Origin: a virus
Lineage: Duplodnaviria; Caudoviricetes
Reading direction: 5' to 3' (one strand)
IMG/VR virus record: IMGVR_UViG_3300036760_000035
Location: 1 to 52,784 of that record
DNA length: 52,784 nucleotides
Shown: one piece after another, positions 36,608 to 47,613 of the stretch
Layout: every line of letters starts with the position of its first letter
Numbering within the stretch: position 1 is the first letter of the stretch
The notes under the pieces: model-generated
Databases searched by the model: none
Seen by the model: the letters and a program-made list of their open reading frames with translations, nothing else
What the model was told of the DNA's origin: nothing
Made by a program: the position numbers and the translations under genes

Positions 36608-38947
36608 ATGCCAGATCCAAGCCCAGCAACGATTGCGGCATTGCGAAAAGCGCAGCAGCAAACAAACGCGTCTCCACGAGATTATCCTTCCAACGACGAG
36701 CCGCCGGTGCTTCCATCCGACCCCCCAGATGGTGGTGGTGGGTATGCCCCACATCCAGATTATGCTGCTCAACAAAAGTTGGCAGAAGATCAATTTACTT
36801 ATGGCAAAGAAACTGATAAGTGGACTCAGGATTTTAATACTAATAAGCAGAACTGGCAACAGGCTGTTGACGATAGAGATCAAGCTCTGGCCGTTGGCAA
36901 TCAACAACTAGCTGCACAAAAGCAAGCAGACGCGAACTATTGGGAGGGGAAGACTCTCGAAGTTCAACAGGCCATGAATAACAATGACAATGCTACCAAT
37001 CTACAAAGAGAGGGTATTGCCGCCAGCGCATCTATGTATGGCCATCAGGTAGACGCCGCTGCACAGATACAGGCAGCGGGTATTGCTGCTGATGCAGCAA
37101 GGCAGGCATCCAGAGACAGGTTACAAGCCGATCTCGCCGGGGCGTTTAACGATCAACAGCGTAATGAGATCGTGGCAAGGTTCAATCAAGAACAAGCCGC
37201 TATCGCTAAAATGGAAGATGAAACCAAGCGACAGATTGAGGCTCGCAATGCTCAGGTCGCTGGCTATAACGCCGAGACGAATCGTGCTGACGTTATGGGT
37301 AATCTTGCCCTTAAAAACAATCAATTCATAGCAGAACAAGCGCAAAACCCCAGAGATTTATTCAGCCTCTACTTTACGCAGCGTGGCCTCACCCCAGATT
37401 GGGAAGCCTTACAGGCAGGTAATCCACAACAGGGAGATGCCTTAACTGTTAAGAATCCAATGAATGCCTTTACCCCAGGATTAGCACTTCCAAGCTTTAG
37501 TTCTGCCGCTGGCGATGCATTTGGAAATGTAGGATCGGCAACTGGAAGTGTTAATGTTAAAAACAATCCCTTTGTAACAATGGGCATGGGAACCCCTCCG
37601 CCTGCATCTTCTTCTGGCGGAGGATTTGTAGCTCCGCCCGCGCCATCATTAAACACAACCTATAATCCTCAGAGTGTTGATATGGGTACAGGCCCAGCTC
37701 AGTTAGACGCCCCGAAGCAATATATTGACATTAACCCCGCAGGCAGACAGGGCGGAATCCCGCGCTCGGGATTGCAGCCAGGTCTGAATCTTTCTACTGT
37801 TGGTTCCGACATTAAGGGAAGCGACATTGACATGGGACAAGCGTATTATGATGTTGGCAAAACAAAGCCAATCGGGGCCGATGATGTAATAACAAAAGGA
37901 ACACAGGTCTATCTTGATTATCCTGCTCGTGCAGCCAGCGGTACAGGAGATGGCTTCTCTACTGCTCGGCAATTCTTAACTGGTGATTCTATGAATAAAA
38001 ATCCATTTGCTGGCGGTGCTCGACCTGAGCTAATTGAGAATCCTACAAGAGCACCCATTCGTGTACAAAATACTAACCAAACAAGAAACACTATGGCTAA
38101 TGCTGATTATCCAGGCGGGAACCGCGCGTCGGGGGTGCAATTTTCTCCGGGGCGGATGGCAACAGAGCCAACTCCAAATTCGATGACGCCAGAAATAGCT
38201 TCTATTCCGGGAACCATGTCTACCGAGCCAACTCCAACAGGGACTCACCCTATGAATAATCAGGGAGAGTGGAACTGGCGCGACAGGCCCGCGCCCGCGC
38301 AACGCCCGCATCCGTTCGCGGCACTACTGCAACAGTATCCTCAATTTGCACAGTTCTCTGGCCAACAACAGACACAGCCTGTACAACAGCAGCAACAGCT
38401 ACCTTTTGATACGAGCATGTTGAGTCAATACCTGCCAATGCAATACGCAGGCGCAAACCTAAACCAGGTTATGCGCGGGCGCAATGGCTGGAATCCAATG
38501 ACAAAGACATCATCTGCCGAGCCAGACTGGATGAATATGTTTCAAAGATTTGCATTAGGAACAGATGTATCTGGTGACTATGCAAATGCTGGACTTGGTT
38601 CTTTATACCAACAGTCAAGCGGAAACTCTTATATGAACGGTTGGGGAAACGTTCCAGATAAACTTAGAATGCTTGCAGATTATGGCGCCCCCGTGCCCCC
38701 AGGGGTTGGCTATGCCTCTACTGGCCGCGTAGCGCCTACTCTTAATCTTGCATCTGCGTTTGCTCAACGTGGGGGCGGATCACTGCCTAGTATGCAAGCA
38801 TTATCCAGAATGACTCCTGGAGAAATGCAGAACTACAGGGGATACTCAGAAGGGGTCGTTGGAGTTCCATGGGCAGATACATTAGACTTCTTAGGTAAGC
38901 CAACTCAGCATCTCCAATCGGCGCAACGCTCCGCTGGCGGAATCTAA
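36608..38947 (+). CDS. Putative internal virion / DNA ejection protein
   Basis: A/Q-rich coiled coil followed by P/G/Q-rich disordered sequence. Confidence 0.55.
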   Translation: MPDPSPATIAALRKAQQQTNASPRDYPSNDEPPVLPSDPPDGGGGYAPHPDYAAQQKLAEDQFTYGKETDKWTQDFNTNKQNWQQAVDDRDQALAVGNQQLAAQKQADANYWEGKTLEVQQAMNNNDNATNLQREGIAASASMYGHQVDAAAQIQAAGIAADAARQASRDRLQADLAGAFNDQQRNEIVARFNQEQAAIAKMEDETKRQIEARNAQVAGYNAETNRADVMGNLALKNNQFIAEQAQNPRDLFSLYFTQRGLTPDWEALQAGNPQQGDALTVKNPMNAFTPGLALPSFSSAAGDAFGNVGSATGSVNVKNNPFVTMGMGTPPPASSSGGGFVAPPAPSLNTTYNPQSVDMGTGPAQLDAPKQYIDINPAGRQGGIPRSGLQPGLNLSTVGSDIKGSDIDMGQAYYDVGKTKPIGADDVITKGTQVYLDYPARAASGTGDGFSTARQFLTGDSMNKNPFAGGARPELIENPTRAPIRVQNTNQTRNTMANADYPGGNRASGVQFSPGRMATEPTPNSMTPEIASIPGTMSTEPTPTGTHPMNNQGEWNWRDRPAPAQRPHPFAALLQQYPQFAQFSGQQQTQPVQQQQQLPFDTSMLSQYLPMQYAGANLNQVMRGRNGWNPMTKTSSAEPDWMNMFQRFALGTDVSGDYANAGLGSLYQQSSGNSYMNGWGNVPDKLRMLADYGAPVPPGVGYASTGRVAPTLNLASAFAQRGGGSLPSMQALSRMTPGEMQNYRGYSEGVVGVPWADTLDFLGKPTQHLQSAQRSAGGI

Positions 38948-39084
38948 TGCCGATTAAAAAGACTGCTGGCGGTTTTAAGTGGGGAAGCAAGGGCAAAGTG
39001 TACAAATCACGAAAAGGTGCATCGCGCCAGGCGGCAGCAGCATATGCTAATGGTTATCGTGGAAATAAAAGGGGGAAGAAATAA
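38947..39084 (+). CDS. Small basic protein, 45 aa (MPIKKTAGGFKWGSKGKVYKSRKGASRQAAAAYANGY...)
   Basis: TAATG-coupled; recurrent phage small-protein pattern; absent from the ORF track. Confidence 0.7.
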   Translation: MPIKKTAGGFKWGSKGKVYKSRKGASRQAAAAYANGYRGNKRGKK

Positions 39085-39197
39085 TGCCTGCGAAGAGAAT
39101 GCCAATGAAGATCGCATATAAGAAATGTCCTAAGTGCGGAGACAAGATGCCAATGAGCGCAAAGACATGCCCAGACTGTGGACATAAGTTTAAGTAG
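39084..39197 (+). CDS. Zinc-ribbon microprotein, 37 aa (...KKCPKCGDKMPMSAKTCPDCGHKFK)
   Basis: TAATG-coupled; two CPxCG motifs. Confidence 0.7.
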   Translation: MPAKRMPMKIAYKKCPKCGDKMPMSAKTCPDCGHKFK

Positions 39198-39211
39198 TTT
39201 ATAATTGATTC

Positions 39212-42200
39212 ATGTTAATAGATGAAATTGCTTCTGGTCTAAAAAGATCGTCTGGCTTGTCGCGCAGTGGCTTGTTCTTCAAGCCGCGTAGCGGCTTTGA
39301 TCCTATTAACAGCATGTTCGATAATTCAAATCAGGATCAACCACAGATTGATGATGATCTTTTATCAAAGTTGCGAACGGCAATGCAACAACAGAATGCA
39401 TCTCCGCAAGACGTATATACTCCTCCGCAACAAGTTCCACAATACTTAACCCAGGCAGAGAAGCTGGCGAATATGGATGCCCAGACTGCCAATCTCCAAC
39501 AACGAACGCACGGATACCAAGGCGAGGGGCCAAGGACGCCAGATAGATCCACCCTGGATTTTGCTACACGTGGGCCGCGCCTTGATTATACTCACGATGA
39601 AACACTTTTTCCAACTCAATCACGCGAAAAAAGACTTCACTCCGAAATTCCAGATCCAACGGTGGCAGAGTTACTTGCTAATCCTCCAGAAAATGATGAC
39701 GCAACTATATGGGATCTTCCAAAGGACATCCTCCGAGGATTCTCTTCTGGTGGGGAAGCTGTTAATCAAATAGGCGGACTTGCCACAGGTTTCAAAAAGA
39801 GAGATCTTGGAACCAGTGCACTTGATCAGGTAAGAAGAATCCCGAAGGTTGGCGATCTCGCTGCTGAAATACTTGATGTAGGATTGGCCCCGGCCACATT
39901 GCTAACTATTGGTGCTGGTGGTGGTGTAGGAGCAGGAATACGCGGAGCTACTGCTGCAACAAAGTTTAGCCTTGCTGGTAAAATTGCCGCAGGCGCGGTA
40001 GAGCCAATGACATCTGGCCCACTTCTTAATAGGCTGACAGTTGAGATTGCAACACAAGTTGCCGGGATAGAAGCCAGTAAATATGTCAGTGAGCAACTTC
40101 CAGAAGATATGAATCCCTATGGACGGGTAGGAATAACTCTTACTGCTGGCTTATTTGCTGGAGTTGGAACAGCACACGGGATATCAAGAGCGCCGAGCGC
40201 GGCTCGTAAAGCAGTAGAAAATCCTAAGAACTTTGTATTATCAACTCCTGTCCGCTCTGGCATTGGCTTCGCAGCGGGATACACACAAGCAAAGATAAAC
40301 GGTCAGGATGATGAATCTGCTATTAGAGATGGGTTGGTCATGGCTGGTATTAGTGCATTAACAAAGAGTTTTGATAATAATCGTAATCGTGTTGTTGCTC
40401 GTATTCTGAAAGATACACATGGAGATGTGTTCACAACTACTGTTAAACAAATAGTAGAGAGTCCTAATTTCCCACAGAAGATACACTCAACTGATTTCTT
40501 TAAGATGCTTTCTGGTAAGACAAAGACCGAAGAGTTGCAATGGTCGGGGATTGATGACTTAGTATCCAGGCCAAGGATGCTTACAAAACAAGAGATATTA
40601 ACTCATATTGCTGATCATAATCTTGACATGAAAGAAGTGCAATACGATACCACAGAGGCAAAATACCGTGCTTATGCAGTTCCATTAGATAATGAATTAC
40701 CTGGATCATATAGAGCGTTTTTATTACAATTGCCAGAAAAACCATTTACACCTGAGATTAATTACTCAACTCAGAATTATATAGAATACGCAACGATTCA
40801 AAATTCTGATGGTAGTTATACTTGGTTAAAAAAATATCCTAATGAAAAGTGGGATACAGAGAATTCTACTGCACCTTCATATCATTCACCGGAAGAGTAT
40901 ATTCAATTCCGACAATCAAGAGGGGGCGGAAGTTTCAGACATCCTGATACCTTTACATCTAATCACTGGAGCGGAGAACCTAATGTTGTAGCACACATGA
41001 GGACATCTGATATTCCTAATCCAGACGGTGGCAAGACATTATTTGTCCATGAAATTCAATCTGACTGGCATCAAGAAGGAAGGCGAATGGGTTATGCTGG
41101 CGATACTTATCAAAAATTTATTGATGATGCCAGAAATCAAACAGATAGAAAAATAACACTAAAAGAAGAACTAAGAAGTAATCCATATCATGGAATGGAA
41201 ATACCACAGATAGAAAGTAAGGCCGCTGGCGGGGATAAAGTAGCCATTGATTATCTACAAAAAGATAAAGAATTAACTCAAATTGAAGCGACACTTAAGA
41301 ATTTGAAAGAGAAGAGTTCTACCGCCCTTGAAATATCGGGAGGGCGTAGGGAGTTTCGTCCGCCGCATGGCCCTTTTGAAAAAACATGGCATGATTTAGC
41401 AGTCAAGAGATTATTGAGATATGCCGCCGAGAATAACTACACAGAGATCATGCTTGCGCGTGGTGAGCAAATAGGCAAAGCCTCCATGCTTCCAAAGAAG
41501 TCATGGGGGTTTTATGATAAAACACTTCCAGATTCTTTTGAAAGAATTGGCAAGAAGCTAGGAGTTACAATTTCTCAGAAGGAGTCGGGCAGGGTTGTGA
41601 GATGGATTACTACTCCTGGAACAAGTTCAATGACTATCGAGAAGTTTAATACGATTCTTGAACAGGCTAGAATTTTAGCCACCACAGTTCCAAGTTCTGA
41701 ACATGGTCGTATCTTTGAAATATTTTCAGCATTACTCAGAATTAAAGCAGAGATAGATCTGAGCAGCCGCCCACCACGGCATATCTCAGTAAACTATTTT
41801 AGCGATGAGATAAACCAAACCCCTGGGTTAGCTGAATATCTGGCAGAGCGGGTTGGCGGAACTGCTAAGTCTAAGCCAGTCTATAATCCAGTAGCGATCA
41901 TTACGCCAAAGGCAAGAGATGTTATAACTGGCTCCCCGATTGCAATGTATTTCTCTGGCGGGGATACAGGCACTGCATGGCAGAATCTATGGCATGACGG
42001 CGCTCTGAGCGGTGTAGGAATGCTGTTAGGTGCCACACAGGGGGATACGTGGCAGGAGCGCGCCGAGAACGCAATCATCGGAGGAGTGGCTGCCCCTACG
42101 GCTTGGGGGAACATCATGCGTGGCGTTAGAACAATCAAAGGAACTGCCGTTCAACAACAGCCGAGAGGCGGTATGCTGGGTATGGTTGATCCAGAAGAAC

Positions 42201-45200
42201 TTAGAACACTTAGACAACAGACAATGAGTGCAGATCCCTCTGTTGCCTCTGCTGCCGAAAAAAGGTTAGAAGAGATTGGTAATCAGCAGTCATTAGAGAC
42301 TGTTAGTAGAAATCCCAAAATAGCAAGAACTATAAAACCTGATGAACTTAGTAATGAAGAATTGTTGCAACAGCTAGAGTCAGTTGCTGCGACTATGAAT
42401 GACATAGAAGTTGCAAAGTTAATGATTGAAAAAAACGTTGATGCTTTGCATGATATGAACATATCTAATGCCCAAATGGTAAGAGTGAAAGCTTTAATTG
42501 ATACTCTTCCCCCTGGCGAGCCAGACTTGATGGCTGGTGGTGGGAGATGGACAACTACATTAAAATTAAGTAATAAAATAGAAAATGAAATTCGTAGAAG
42601 AAAACTGTTTAATAGAATTGCAAAAAATACCTATAATGGTAAATACGGGTATCACCTCGACGGATCCATTGACGGCGAGCGGTTCAGTGTGCACGTAGGG
42701 TCAAGTGATCGTATTGATCCTTATATGTGGGCAAAAGACAACAATATGACGGAAGATGAATTTCGTCAATTGCAAACACAGGCACCAGAATCCAATGATA
42801 TTTTGTTTTCAAAACCAGTTATTAATAAAGATATGGAAATAATTAAACTTGGGAATAATCGTGGTGATCTAAGCGATGAACAATTTGACAAATATGTAAA
42901 AGATGTTGATGCAAGACGTGCACAAGAAGGCAAATCTGTCACTGGTCAAGACTATTCTACGATGGCCTTTGCCCCCACAAAGGCTTCTCGTAACACTGGA
43001 GGTATCAGCGCAGGGCAAGTAGCTACAAATGCAGCTGTTGGTGGGATCGTTGGTTTTTCTACTGGCGATGGAGATTTAGAAGACAGAATAAAGCGGGCAG
43101 GCATCACTGCTGGCATGGCAACACTTCTTGGAAACTACGCGAGCATGGGAACAACAAATCCCATGAGAGCTATTGTAAAATCTCAAGTGCAAGTTATAGT
43201 AAGAAAGAACATTCTTAAATCAGTTGGCACGTTTGAGTCAATAGACCCGTCCGATGCGCCATATCACCCGAAGTTTAATCCAGAAGGGAAGATCAGTGAA
43301 ACAACGTTTGCTATATCCCCTGGAGATCTTGAAAAAAGAGTTAAGACAATTGGTAACTATCCAAAGGTCGTTGGGGCAATTGCCGAGAGGCTTGGTATTA
43401 ATCCATCTGCTGCCGCGCATACGCCTATTCAAAAGGCATTGATTGCATATACGCAACTTCGTATTGAGGGTGCTGAGTTAACAAAAGCTGCTGTAACAGC
43501 AGCCCTTGACGGTGTATCTTCTAACATGCTTCTCAGAACGCCATTCGGCAGACTCGGTTCAATATTTCGTACAGATGAAAATCTTGTTATTAAAAGTGGT
43601 GCCTTAAAAGGTAGGGCCGTGCTCGATATTATGGAAACATATGCAACAGAACTAACAAACAGGGGAAACCTTTATGGCCCTGGCGTTGGTGCGTTATTGA
43701 ATAATACTCAAAAGGCATACATAGAGAGTGCTATGCAATTAAGATTAGACTCTGCATCATTGTTAAGAAATGCAGGAATTAATTCAGGGGTGGATATTGT
43801 AAAGGATGGAAAATTCTATTTCCATCGCAATGTTGTAGAAATCGAAGGCACGCGTCTTCACACTCGTTCTGATTCTGCCGCCGACAGATTTTACGATACA
43901 GTAGAAGACGGAGTCAAGAATGGCGTGAACTACTCTGATCCGAGAGAAGTTCTTGGCGCAGAGGTTGCGTCGGCATACGCCGCTGTCGCAGATAAGCAGA
44001 TAGCAGATTTTATTGTTGCACATGGGGTTGACCCTGATACAGTGCTTGATCCTGGACTACGTTTGAAACTTGATAAAGCACAGGTAGATTACAACGCTGC
44101 TGACCGAACGTGGCAAGATGTATCAAAGTTGTTAGAAGCAGATCCAACATCTACTGATTTACAGAAGATAATTGAAGTAGCTCATAAAGAAAGAACAGCA
44201 GCAAATAAAATTCTTCAACTGGAAAAGAAAGCTATAACCGAGGAACTCAGAAGGAATACACTGGCTGAGTCTTCCGGCTTGCTACTCCCGGCTTCAATGT
44301 TTGGAGGAGGCGGAACTGGTAATGTTCATGCATTGCCGTATAAACCGAGGATGGGAACAAATGTTCTTCTTAGACCGGAAGACAGAACATTGCTTATTCA
44401 GAAGCTTGGGCTTCATGGCGTTACGCCATCAAATGACAAAAACTTTATAAGCAACATCGTCATCGGCGTCGGTGGCGTAACGGCTGCTGGCCGCACGACA
44501 CTTGCAGGTTTCGACTGGGGGTTAGCATGGCTGCATCTTGCGCCGGTGGCTGGTAAAAGTCGTAAGGCATGGGCGATGGGAACTGCTGCTAACTTCATCG
44601 CTACTGTTAATCCTGGATTTGAAGCACGATATTTAAGAGATAATATTAAATCAATTGGCGAAATGGTTTCAAAGGGCGGAGTATCAATTGGAGACACTGA
44701 AAGATATCTAAGTAATGAAACCGGTGGGACAATTCCACGGACGCTCAGGCGCGCCGGGGAGCTTCCAGTAGTCGGTAAGGGTATTTCTGTTGCTGTATCT
44801 AACGTCGGCGCCCCGGTATTTAGACACACGCTCGGCAGGTTCGAAACAGGATACCAGTCCGGGTTGCTTGTTGCAAGGCACCAATTATGGAAGTCTATGG
44901 AAAACAGCTACAAGGGAAACGAACAAGGGCTTGGCAGACTTGTCAATAACCTTACTGGCGGATTAAACTCTTCTAAACTTGGTGTTGGGGCAGTACAAAA
45001 AGCATTTGAAGGAACATGGGTTGCGTTCTCCCCGCGCCTGGTCAGATCTTCCGCTGCGCTTATGGCAATGGCAGCACAACCATGGACAAAAGAAGGCAGA
45101 GATGCATTGAAGTCACTGGCAATCCTCGCCGGTGGCGTTACGCTTGCGTATGTTGCAATTGGCAAGGCAATGGGCAAGAGCGACGAAGATATTAAGAATG

Positions 45201-46681
45201 GTCTGAATCCTCTCTCTGGAAAACAATTTCTGTCTCACAAAATTGGAAATGACTGGATTGGTATGGGCGGCCAGATTCGTGCATTTACCCAACTGTTTGC
45301 AGGAACAGGCCGGGCAATGGCTACGGGAAATTGGGATGCATTTAAGTCTACGGACATTCAAGAGAATCCTGTGCTTGCATTGGTGGGCAGTCGTGCTTCC
45401 CCGTCTCTTGGCATGGTGCAAGCTGCTGTAGAAGCTGGTACTGGTGGCAACGTGGATGCGGTTGCATATCAAGACATCAACGGATGGAAAGACGTTGCCA
45501 GGTTATATGGAACATCCTACGTTCCATTCATAGCACAAGCTATAGCCGAAAGACAGGGGCCAACATCTCTAGCGGCGCAGTCAGTTGGACTTAGAACATC
45601 CCACGAAACAGCAACGGAAGTTAAGAATGCCAATTTTGGAGAAATGGGATTTACTGATCAGGATACAGGAAAACCAAAGACTGATATAAAACAAGCAAAC
45701 AAAGAAGAACTAAAGAAGTTCTATGATAAATATCCTGTCGAAAGGGTTGACGATCCTAATGATCAAGTCTCTAACTTTTATCATGCAATGCAGGATTCAC
45801 AGGATAGTTTCATTACTGACTTGAATGCCAAGCAGCAATTAGTTGGGCAGGGAGTTATGTCTCGGAACGAGTTTAGATTATGGTATTCAGATCGCGTCCA
45901 ACAGATGATGACAGAACGTGAACAGGTTGAGAGTATTTATCAACGAACACCAGCAGGTCGAGTGGGTTTCAAGGGAAGCGTTAGTGATTATATCAATAGT
46001 AAGAATATACAATCAGAAGACAAAGCGGTTGCCGATTACTATCAACTCGGCGATACAACATTAGATGCCAAAGGTAACTTTGATTTTGAAAAGTATCAAC
46101 AGGCGAAGGATAGTTTTCTCTCAGGGCTTGATGATAAGACTCGTGAATATGTTGTGCGTTGGGTAGACTCTAACAAACGGCCATTAACAAACAACATTGA
46201 AGAAGATCTTAAAAAGGCACAGGCGGTTACTAAGCCGTATTGGAGATTAGACGATCGTGTCTTTCAAGAATTTAAGAAGAGATCCCCCGTGTTAGCACAA
46301 TTCAAGGACTTGGAAGCTTTCAATAATAAGATGGAGTCTGATGCAAAGAAGGCTGGATTACCAGTTGCTTCTATCAAACAATATTATGCAAGCAAGATTA
46401 AAGACATTAGAAAACTTGATGAAGTAACAGCCTTAATTAAAAAACAGTATAAACTGCAACATCCGTCTGTTGATAAAGCATTAAATGACTGGTATGATAT
46501 TAAGCCTGCTAATGCTCTTGCGATAGTTGCTAATAATCTGGGGTACGGAGATTTGAATCAGTTGGCGGCGCAGACTCTTCCATACACCATCAGACAAAAG
46601 TCCCAAGCGGATAAACTCGCTGAATCTATGGCACTTACACAATCAGGTAGAAGAACACAATCTAGTAGCAGATATAGGTAA
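39212..46681 (+). CDS. Giant internal virion / polyvalent ejection protein (2489 aa)
   Basis: Gly/Ala hydrophobic hairpins plus an H...NVVAHMR.SD...LFVHEIQSDWHQ domain seen in large phage virion proteins. Confidence 0.7.
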   Translation: MLIDEIASGLKRSSGLSRSGLFFKPRSGFDPINSMFDNSNQDQPQIDDDLLSKLRTAMQQQNASPQDVYTPPQQVPQYLTQAEKLANMDAQTANLQQRTHGYQGEGPRTPDRSTLDFATRGPRLDYTHDETLFPTQSREKRLHSEIPDPTVAELLANPPENDDATIWDLPKDILRGFSSGGEAVNQIGGLATGFKKRDLGTSALDQVRRIPKVGDLAAEILDVGLAPATLLTIGAGGGVGAGIRGATAATKFSLAGKIAAGAVEPMTSGPLLNRLTVEIATQVAGIEASKYVSEQLPEDMNPYGRVGITLTAGLFAGVGTAHGISRAPSAARKAVENPKNFVLSTPVRSGIGFAAGYTQAKINGQDDESAIRDGLVMAGISALTKSFDNNRNRVVARILKDTHGDVFTTTVKQIVESPNFPQKIHSTDFFKMLSGKTKTEELQWSGIDDLVSRPRMLTKQEILTHIADHNLDMKEVQYDTTEAKYRAYAVPLDNELPGSYRAFLLQLPEKPFTPEINYSTQNYIEYATIQNSDGSYTWLKKYPNEKWDTENSTAPSYHSPEEYIQFRQSRGGGSFRHPDTFTSNHWSGEPNVVAHMRTSDIPNPDGGKTLFVHEIQSDWHQEGRRMGYAGDTYQKFIDDARNQTDRKITLKEELRSNPYHGMEIPQIESKAAGGDKVAIDYLQKDKELTQIEATLKNLKEKSSTALEISGGRREFRPPHGPFEKTWHDLAVKRLLRYAAENNYTEIMLARGEQIGKASMLPKKSWGFYDKTLPDSFERIGKKLGVTISQKESGRVVRWITTPGTSSMTIEKFNTILEQARILATTVPSSEHGRIFEIFSALLRIKAEIDLSSRPPRHISVNYFSDEINQTPGLAEYLAERVGGTAKSKPVYNPVAIITPKARDVITGSPIAMYFSGGDTGTAWQNLWHDGALSGVGMLLGATQGDTWQERAENAIIGGVAAPTAWGNIMRGVRTIKGTAVQQQPRGGMLGMVDPEELRTLRQQTMSADPSVASAAEKRLEEIGNQQSLETVSRNPKIARTIKPDELSNEELLQQLESVAATMNDIEVAKLMIEKNVDALHDMNISNAQMVRVKALIDTLPPGEPDLMAGGGRWTTTLKLSNKIENEIRRRKLFNRIAKNTYNGKYGYHLDGSIDGERFSVHVGSSDRIDPYMWAKDNNMTEDEFRQLQTQAPESNDILFSKPVINKDMEIIKLGNNRGDLSDEQFDKYVKDVDARRAQEGKSVTGQDYSTMAFAPTKASRNTGGISAGQVATNAAVGGIVGFSTGDGDLEDRIKRAGITAGMATLLGNYASMGTTNPMRAIVKSQVQVIVRKNILKSVGTFESIDPSDAPYHPKFNPEGKISETTFAISPGDLEKRVKTIGNYPKVVGAIAERLGINPSAAAHTPIQKALIAYTQLRIEGAELTKAAVTAALDGVSSNMLLRTPFGRLGSIFRTDENLVIKSGALKGRAVLDIMETYATELTNRGNLYGPGVGALLNNTQKAYIESAMQLRLDSASLLRNAGINSGVDIVKDGKFYFHRNVVEIEGTRLHTRSDSAADRFYDTVEDGVKNGVNYSDPREVLGAEVASAYAAVADKQIADFIVAHGVDPDTVLDPGLRLKLDKAQVDYNAADRTWQDVSKLLEADPTSTDLQKIIEVAHKERTAANKILQLEKKAITEELRRNTLAESSGLLLPASMFGGGGTGNVHALPYKPRMGTNVLLRPEDRTLLIQKLGLHGVTPSNDKNFISNIVIGVGGVTAAGRTTLAGFDWGLAWLHLAPVAGKSRKAWAMGTAANFIATVNPGFEARYLRDNIKSIGEMVSKGGVSIGDTERYLSNETGGTIPRTLRRAGELPVVGKGISVAVSNVGAPVFRHTLGRFETGYQSGLLVARHQLWKSMENSYKGNEQGLGRLVNNLTGGLNSSKLGVGAVQKAFEGTWVAFSPRLVRSSAALMAMAAQPWTKEGRDALKSLAILAGGVTLAYVAIGKAMGKSDEDIKNGLNPLSGKQFLSHKIGNDWIGMGGQIRAFTQLFAGTGRAMATGNWDAFKSTDIQENPVLALVGSRASPSLGMVQAAVEAGTGGNVDAVAYQDINGWKDVARLYGTSYVPFIAQAIAERQGPTSLAAQSVGLRTSHETATEVKNANFGEMGFTDQDTGKPKTDIKQANKEELKKFYDKYPVERVDDPNDQVSNFYHAMQDSQDSFITDLNAKQQLVGQGVMSRNEFRLWYSDRVQQMMTEREQVESIYQRTPAGRVGFKGSVSDYINSKNIQSEDKAVADYYQLGDTTLDAKGNFDFEKYQQAKDSFLSGLDDKTREYVVRWVDSNKRPLTNNIEEDLKKAQAVTKPYWRLDDRVFQEFKKRSPVLAQFKDLEAFNNKMESDAKKAGLPVASIKQYYASKIKDIRKLDEVTALIKKQYKLQHPSVDKALNDWYDIKPANALAIVANNLGYGDLNQLAAQTLPYTIRQKSQADKLAESMALTQSGRRTQSSSRYR

Positions 46682-46734
46682 CACACACAATTAATTGTGA
46701 TACAATAAACATAACATAAATTGGAGGTACCACT

Positions 46735-47601
46735 TTGGCAAAGCGCGCGAATGAACGCGACGAAGTAGATGACGACGTTGACGAAGAGTATGAGGAATAC
46801 GAAGACGAAAACGAAGACGACTATGACGATGACGAACAGGAAGATGAGCAAGAAGATGATGATGAAGAGCTAGACCCTAGAACACAGAAGGCATTTAATG
46901 CTTATCGAGAAGAATGGGAAAAGAAAGTCATTGATCAACTTTCAAGTGGAGATACTAATTCGCCTATCTACAAAGGAATGCAGAAGGTAGTTAGTAAGAA
47001 AGACCAGGAATTAAGAGATGCTCGTAGTGCTCTGACGAGTCTCGCCCAGGAAATCGACAAAGTAAACTCAATCAACGAAACTAATGTAGAGGCAACGAAA
47101 GTAGCCTTCGAGGTTCTTAATGATTTACTTGACGATGATGGGAAAGCCGCACTGGCTAACAGGTTGCAACAACGCGGAAACGAATTAAAGTCGAAGCAGT
47201 TGGAAAAGCGTGTAGAAGCCTTGGGCAACCAGCGACAACAGCAAGGGCAAGGGGCGCAACAACAAGGCGATGAAGATGCTTTTAAGGAGTATCGAAAAAA
47301 GGCAACTCAAACACTTAAGAATCTTGCTAAGAGAGCCGGGGTTGACCCGGAGAGCAGGGATCTAGAGTATGGAGACGAGCAGGAACCATTAGTCGATAGA
47401 ATGGAGAAGTTTGAAAAGTCTCTTGACAAGGCTCTTGAAAAGGGACAGGACGAAAACATTCGAAAGGTGAGGCAAAAGATTACTCCACCCAGGACAAGAA
47501 ATGGAACCGAAGGCGGGCCACAACGAAGGGCTCAGACCGGAAACGATCTTATGAGTGCCGCAGCCGCTGATCTTGTAGCGCAAATGCGAAAACTTATGTA
47601 A
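46735..47601 (+). CDS. Capsid scaffolding protein
   Basis: Very acidic N-terminus and coiled coil; directly before the capsid gene; GGAGG RBS. Confidence 0.75.
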   Translation: MAKRANERDEVDDDVDEEYEEYEDENEDDYDDDEQEDEQEDDDEELDPRTQKAFNAYREEWEKKVIDQLSSGDTNSPIYKGMQKVVSKKDQELRDARSALTSLAQEIDKVNSINETNVEATKVAFEVLNDLLDDDGKAALANRLQQRGNELKSKQLEKRVEALGNQRQQQGQGAQQQGDEDAFKEYRKKATQTLKNLAKRAGVDPESRDLEYGDEQEPLVDRMEKFEKSLDKALEKGQDENIRKVRQKITPPRTRNGTEGGPQRRAQTGNDLMSAAAADLVAQMRKLM

Positions 47602-47613
47602 TAGGAGAAAGTT

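Noticed and set aside
39084-39197. Ribosomal protein L40e/L33-like gene
   Set aside because: Only the generic CxxC...CxxC ribbon is shared
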